Assembly: GCA_028277195.1 (NCBI GenBank)
Contig: JANQGS010000082.1
Coordinates: 1 to 35,341, forward strand
Direction: 5' to 3'
Length of the DNA stretch: 35,341 nt
DNA from: Candidatus Gastranaerophilales bacterium
Lineage (GTDB): Bacteria; Cyanobacteriota; Vampirovibrionia; Gastranaerophilales; UBA9971
Shown here: positions 34,901-35,341 of the stretch, piece after piece
Layout of the letters: every line of letters begins with the position of its first letter
Position numbering within the stretch: position 1 is the first letter of the stretch
Notes under the pieces: generated by a model
The model's input: only the letters and a program-made list of their open reading frames with translations
Database searches by the model: none
Told to the model about the DNA's origin: nothing
Position numbers and translations under genes: made by a program

Positions 34901-35147
34901 GTTTTTCCTTATTTATAATATATTCCAGCGCTTCAATGTTTAAGGGCTGGATATACACGTGGTCGGCTATATTATCGTCTGTCATTATGGTAGCGGGGTT
35001 GCTGTTGACCAGTACAACCTCAAACCCCTCTTCCTTAAGGGCTTTACATGCCTGGGTCCCCGCATAGTCAAATTCAGCGGCCTGGCCGATTATTATCGGG
35101 CCTGAACCTATTACCAGTATTTTATTTAATTCTTTTTTTCCGGGCAT
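31935..35147 (-). CDS. carB: Carbamoyl-phosphate synthase large subunit
   Basis: 1070 aa. It has duplicated ATP-grasp halves ([22 protein letters not shown] / [22 protein letters not shown]) and a C-terminal MGS-like domain. Confidence 0.97.
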   Translation of the reverse strand: MPGKKELNKILVIGSGPIIIGQAAEFDYAGTQACKALKEEGFEVVLVNSNPATIMTDDNIADHVYIQPLNIEALEYIINKEKPDGLLPTLGGQTGLNLAIELYEKGILEKYNVKLLGTSVEAIKKAEDRESFKNLMQDIGEPIPPSTIVDNIEDGIRFAGEIGYPVIVRPAYTLGGTGGGIAQNEQELRNIIYTGLLYSRINQVLLEKSVAGWKEIEYEVMRDSNDTCIVICNMENIDPIGVHTGDSIVVAPSQTLRDEEYHLLRTSSLNIIRSLKIEGGCNVQFALNTENMEYVVIEVNPRVSRSSALASKAAGYPIAKIAAKISVGFNLHEIPNYVTRKTMASFEPALDYVVTKIPKWPFDKFSYADRTLGTQMKATGEVMAIDRNFESSFLKAVISLEGRETGLRKEHLSLLSKDELMKKLEVADDERIFTVAEALRKGVSVKRVNKITKIDRWFVKKISNIIEVENRLQTEPMTIELLKRAESMGFTDVEIQDLSKESIETLDTLRRAHNLYPVYKMVDTCAAEFESATPYYYSTFEQEEENVISKKEKIIVLGSGPIRIGQGIEFDYCSVHAVWAIREAGYESIIINNNPETVSTDFDTSDKLYFEPLYIEDVFNVVRKETPKGVIVQFGGQTAINLAPKLLKRGVQILGTSVESINVAEDRNLFERLLRELGIPQPKGAAVTTLKEAVIAANGLGYPVLVRPSYVIGGRAMQVVNTDEELTSYVKEAVALSSEYPILIDQYIEGTEVEVDAISDREDILIPGIMEHIERTGVHSGDSFCSYPTRTVPEHVISKLAAYTEKIAKALQVTGLMNIQFVVKGDDVYVIEVNPRASRTVPIISKVTGVPMVKLAVQVIAGDKLKNLGYGTGLLPSTSLIAVKAPVFSFQKLNNVDTALTPEMKSTGEVLGIDSSYEKALVKAFQGAGFSFPEKGNVMISIKKADKEEILPIAREFQALGFGIIATQLTSEFLRKHGIHPQEVDKFDFDTIRDMIKNKQVNIVINTPTIGKDVRRCGFRLRTYSEQYRVPCFTSLDTAKAYLLALKTLKKGEKVTYDKIKDYMAEGVKL

Positions 35148-35166
35148 TTGTCTGTTTCCTGTGATT

Positions 35167-35195
35167 ACTATAGCACCAAAAAAATGAACAGTAAA
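35167..35195 (-). promoter_or_regulatory. Candidate carB promoter with extended -10
   Basis: On the minus strand: TTTACT (35195-35190), a 17-nt spacer ending TGC, then TATAGT (35172-35167). The SD AGGAAA and the ATG at 35147 follow within about 20 nt. Confidence 0.35.
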
Positions 35196-35244
35196 ACACA
35201 GGTATTTATAGTGAAATGAGTTTTCGGGTTTACCCGTCTTGCAT

Positions 35245-35280
35245 TTTTAGGAAAACCGGCAAAGCCGGATTTTCCTAAAA
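35245..35280. terminator. Bidirectional-type intrinsic terminator hairpin upstream of the carB promoter
   Basis: TTTTAGGAAAA-CCGGC-AAA-GCCGG-(A)TTTTCCTAAAA. The 5-bp GC core is extended by an 11-bp A/T-rich stem with one bulge. The A tract 5' and T tract 3' appear on both strands. It probably ends the gene that lies beyond the window edge. Confidence 0.5.
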
Positions 35281-35341
35281 AACGCTCTCTGCTTACGCAT
35301 TGCGCTTTCGAAAAAAATTTTTATTTCCGGATTTCTTTTTT

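Noticed and set aside
35283-35292. GCAGAGAGCG on the minus strand upstream of carB, which resembles the CAGAGAG core of the PyrR-binding loop.
   Set aside because: Only the 7-nt core matches and the flanking consensus is absent. The site also lies upstream of both the terminator hairpin and the predicted carB promoter, so it would not be in the carB leader.
1-35341. Scan for CRISPR arrays, tRNA/rRNA/tmRNA-like sequences, integrases, transposases and long terminal inverted repeats.
   Set aside because: I found no regularly spaced direct repeats, no tRNA-like acceptor/T-arm patterns in the intergenic gaps and no recombinase-like ORFs. An eye scan cannot exclude small or degenerate elements.

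Overview
This is a 35.3-kb, AT-rich (about 40% GC by eye), tightly packed bacterial chromosomal segment. Many start/stop overlaps span 1-17 nt, and two convergent gene pairs overlap at their 3' ends. I support about 37 protein genes. I saw no rRNA, tRNA, CRISPR array, integrase or transposase. An AMIN-domain AmiC-type amidase and PilT suggest a diderm-type, probably uncultivated lineage; I cannot assign taxonomy from sequence alone. Recognisable housekeeping genes are leuD-leuB, ilvC, carB, gmd, lipA, rpsO, rsmA/ksgA, an ADP-forming acetyl-CoA synthetase, an M16 peptidase pair, gamma-glutamyltransferase, a plant-type glutamate-cysteine ligase, a crotonase, a GT4 glycosyltransferase, pilT and the amidase. 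Five regions stand out, best first. (1) 12159-16641: two translationally coupled, apparently paralogous large basic membrane proteins of unknown family, facing a divergent helical-repeat protein and a mini-ORF. (2) 57-3293: an Mre11/SbcD-like nuclease coupled to a NurA-like nuclease and then a glycosyltransferase, with no Rad50/SbcC/HerA ATPase in view. (3) 4955-6581: a near-consensus promoter drives a 91-aa unknown protein, coupled to an AmmeMemoRadiSam-type radical SAM enzyme and a YkgJ Cys-cluster protein, with no AMMECR1 or Memo partner. (4) 27251-30434: a low-GC envelope-modification-like operon (small DPGTGS membrane protein, two-domain methyltransferase, membrane sulfatase-like enzyme) carrying an in-frame G8 tract and a probable ATT start. 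(5) Several non-coding structures: twin hairpins with compensatory changes, a nested inverted repeat / GC hairpin / G-quadruplex motif, and an orphan plus-strand terminator. All functional calls are by-eye motif recognition. No searches were run.
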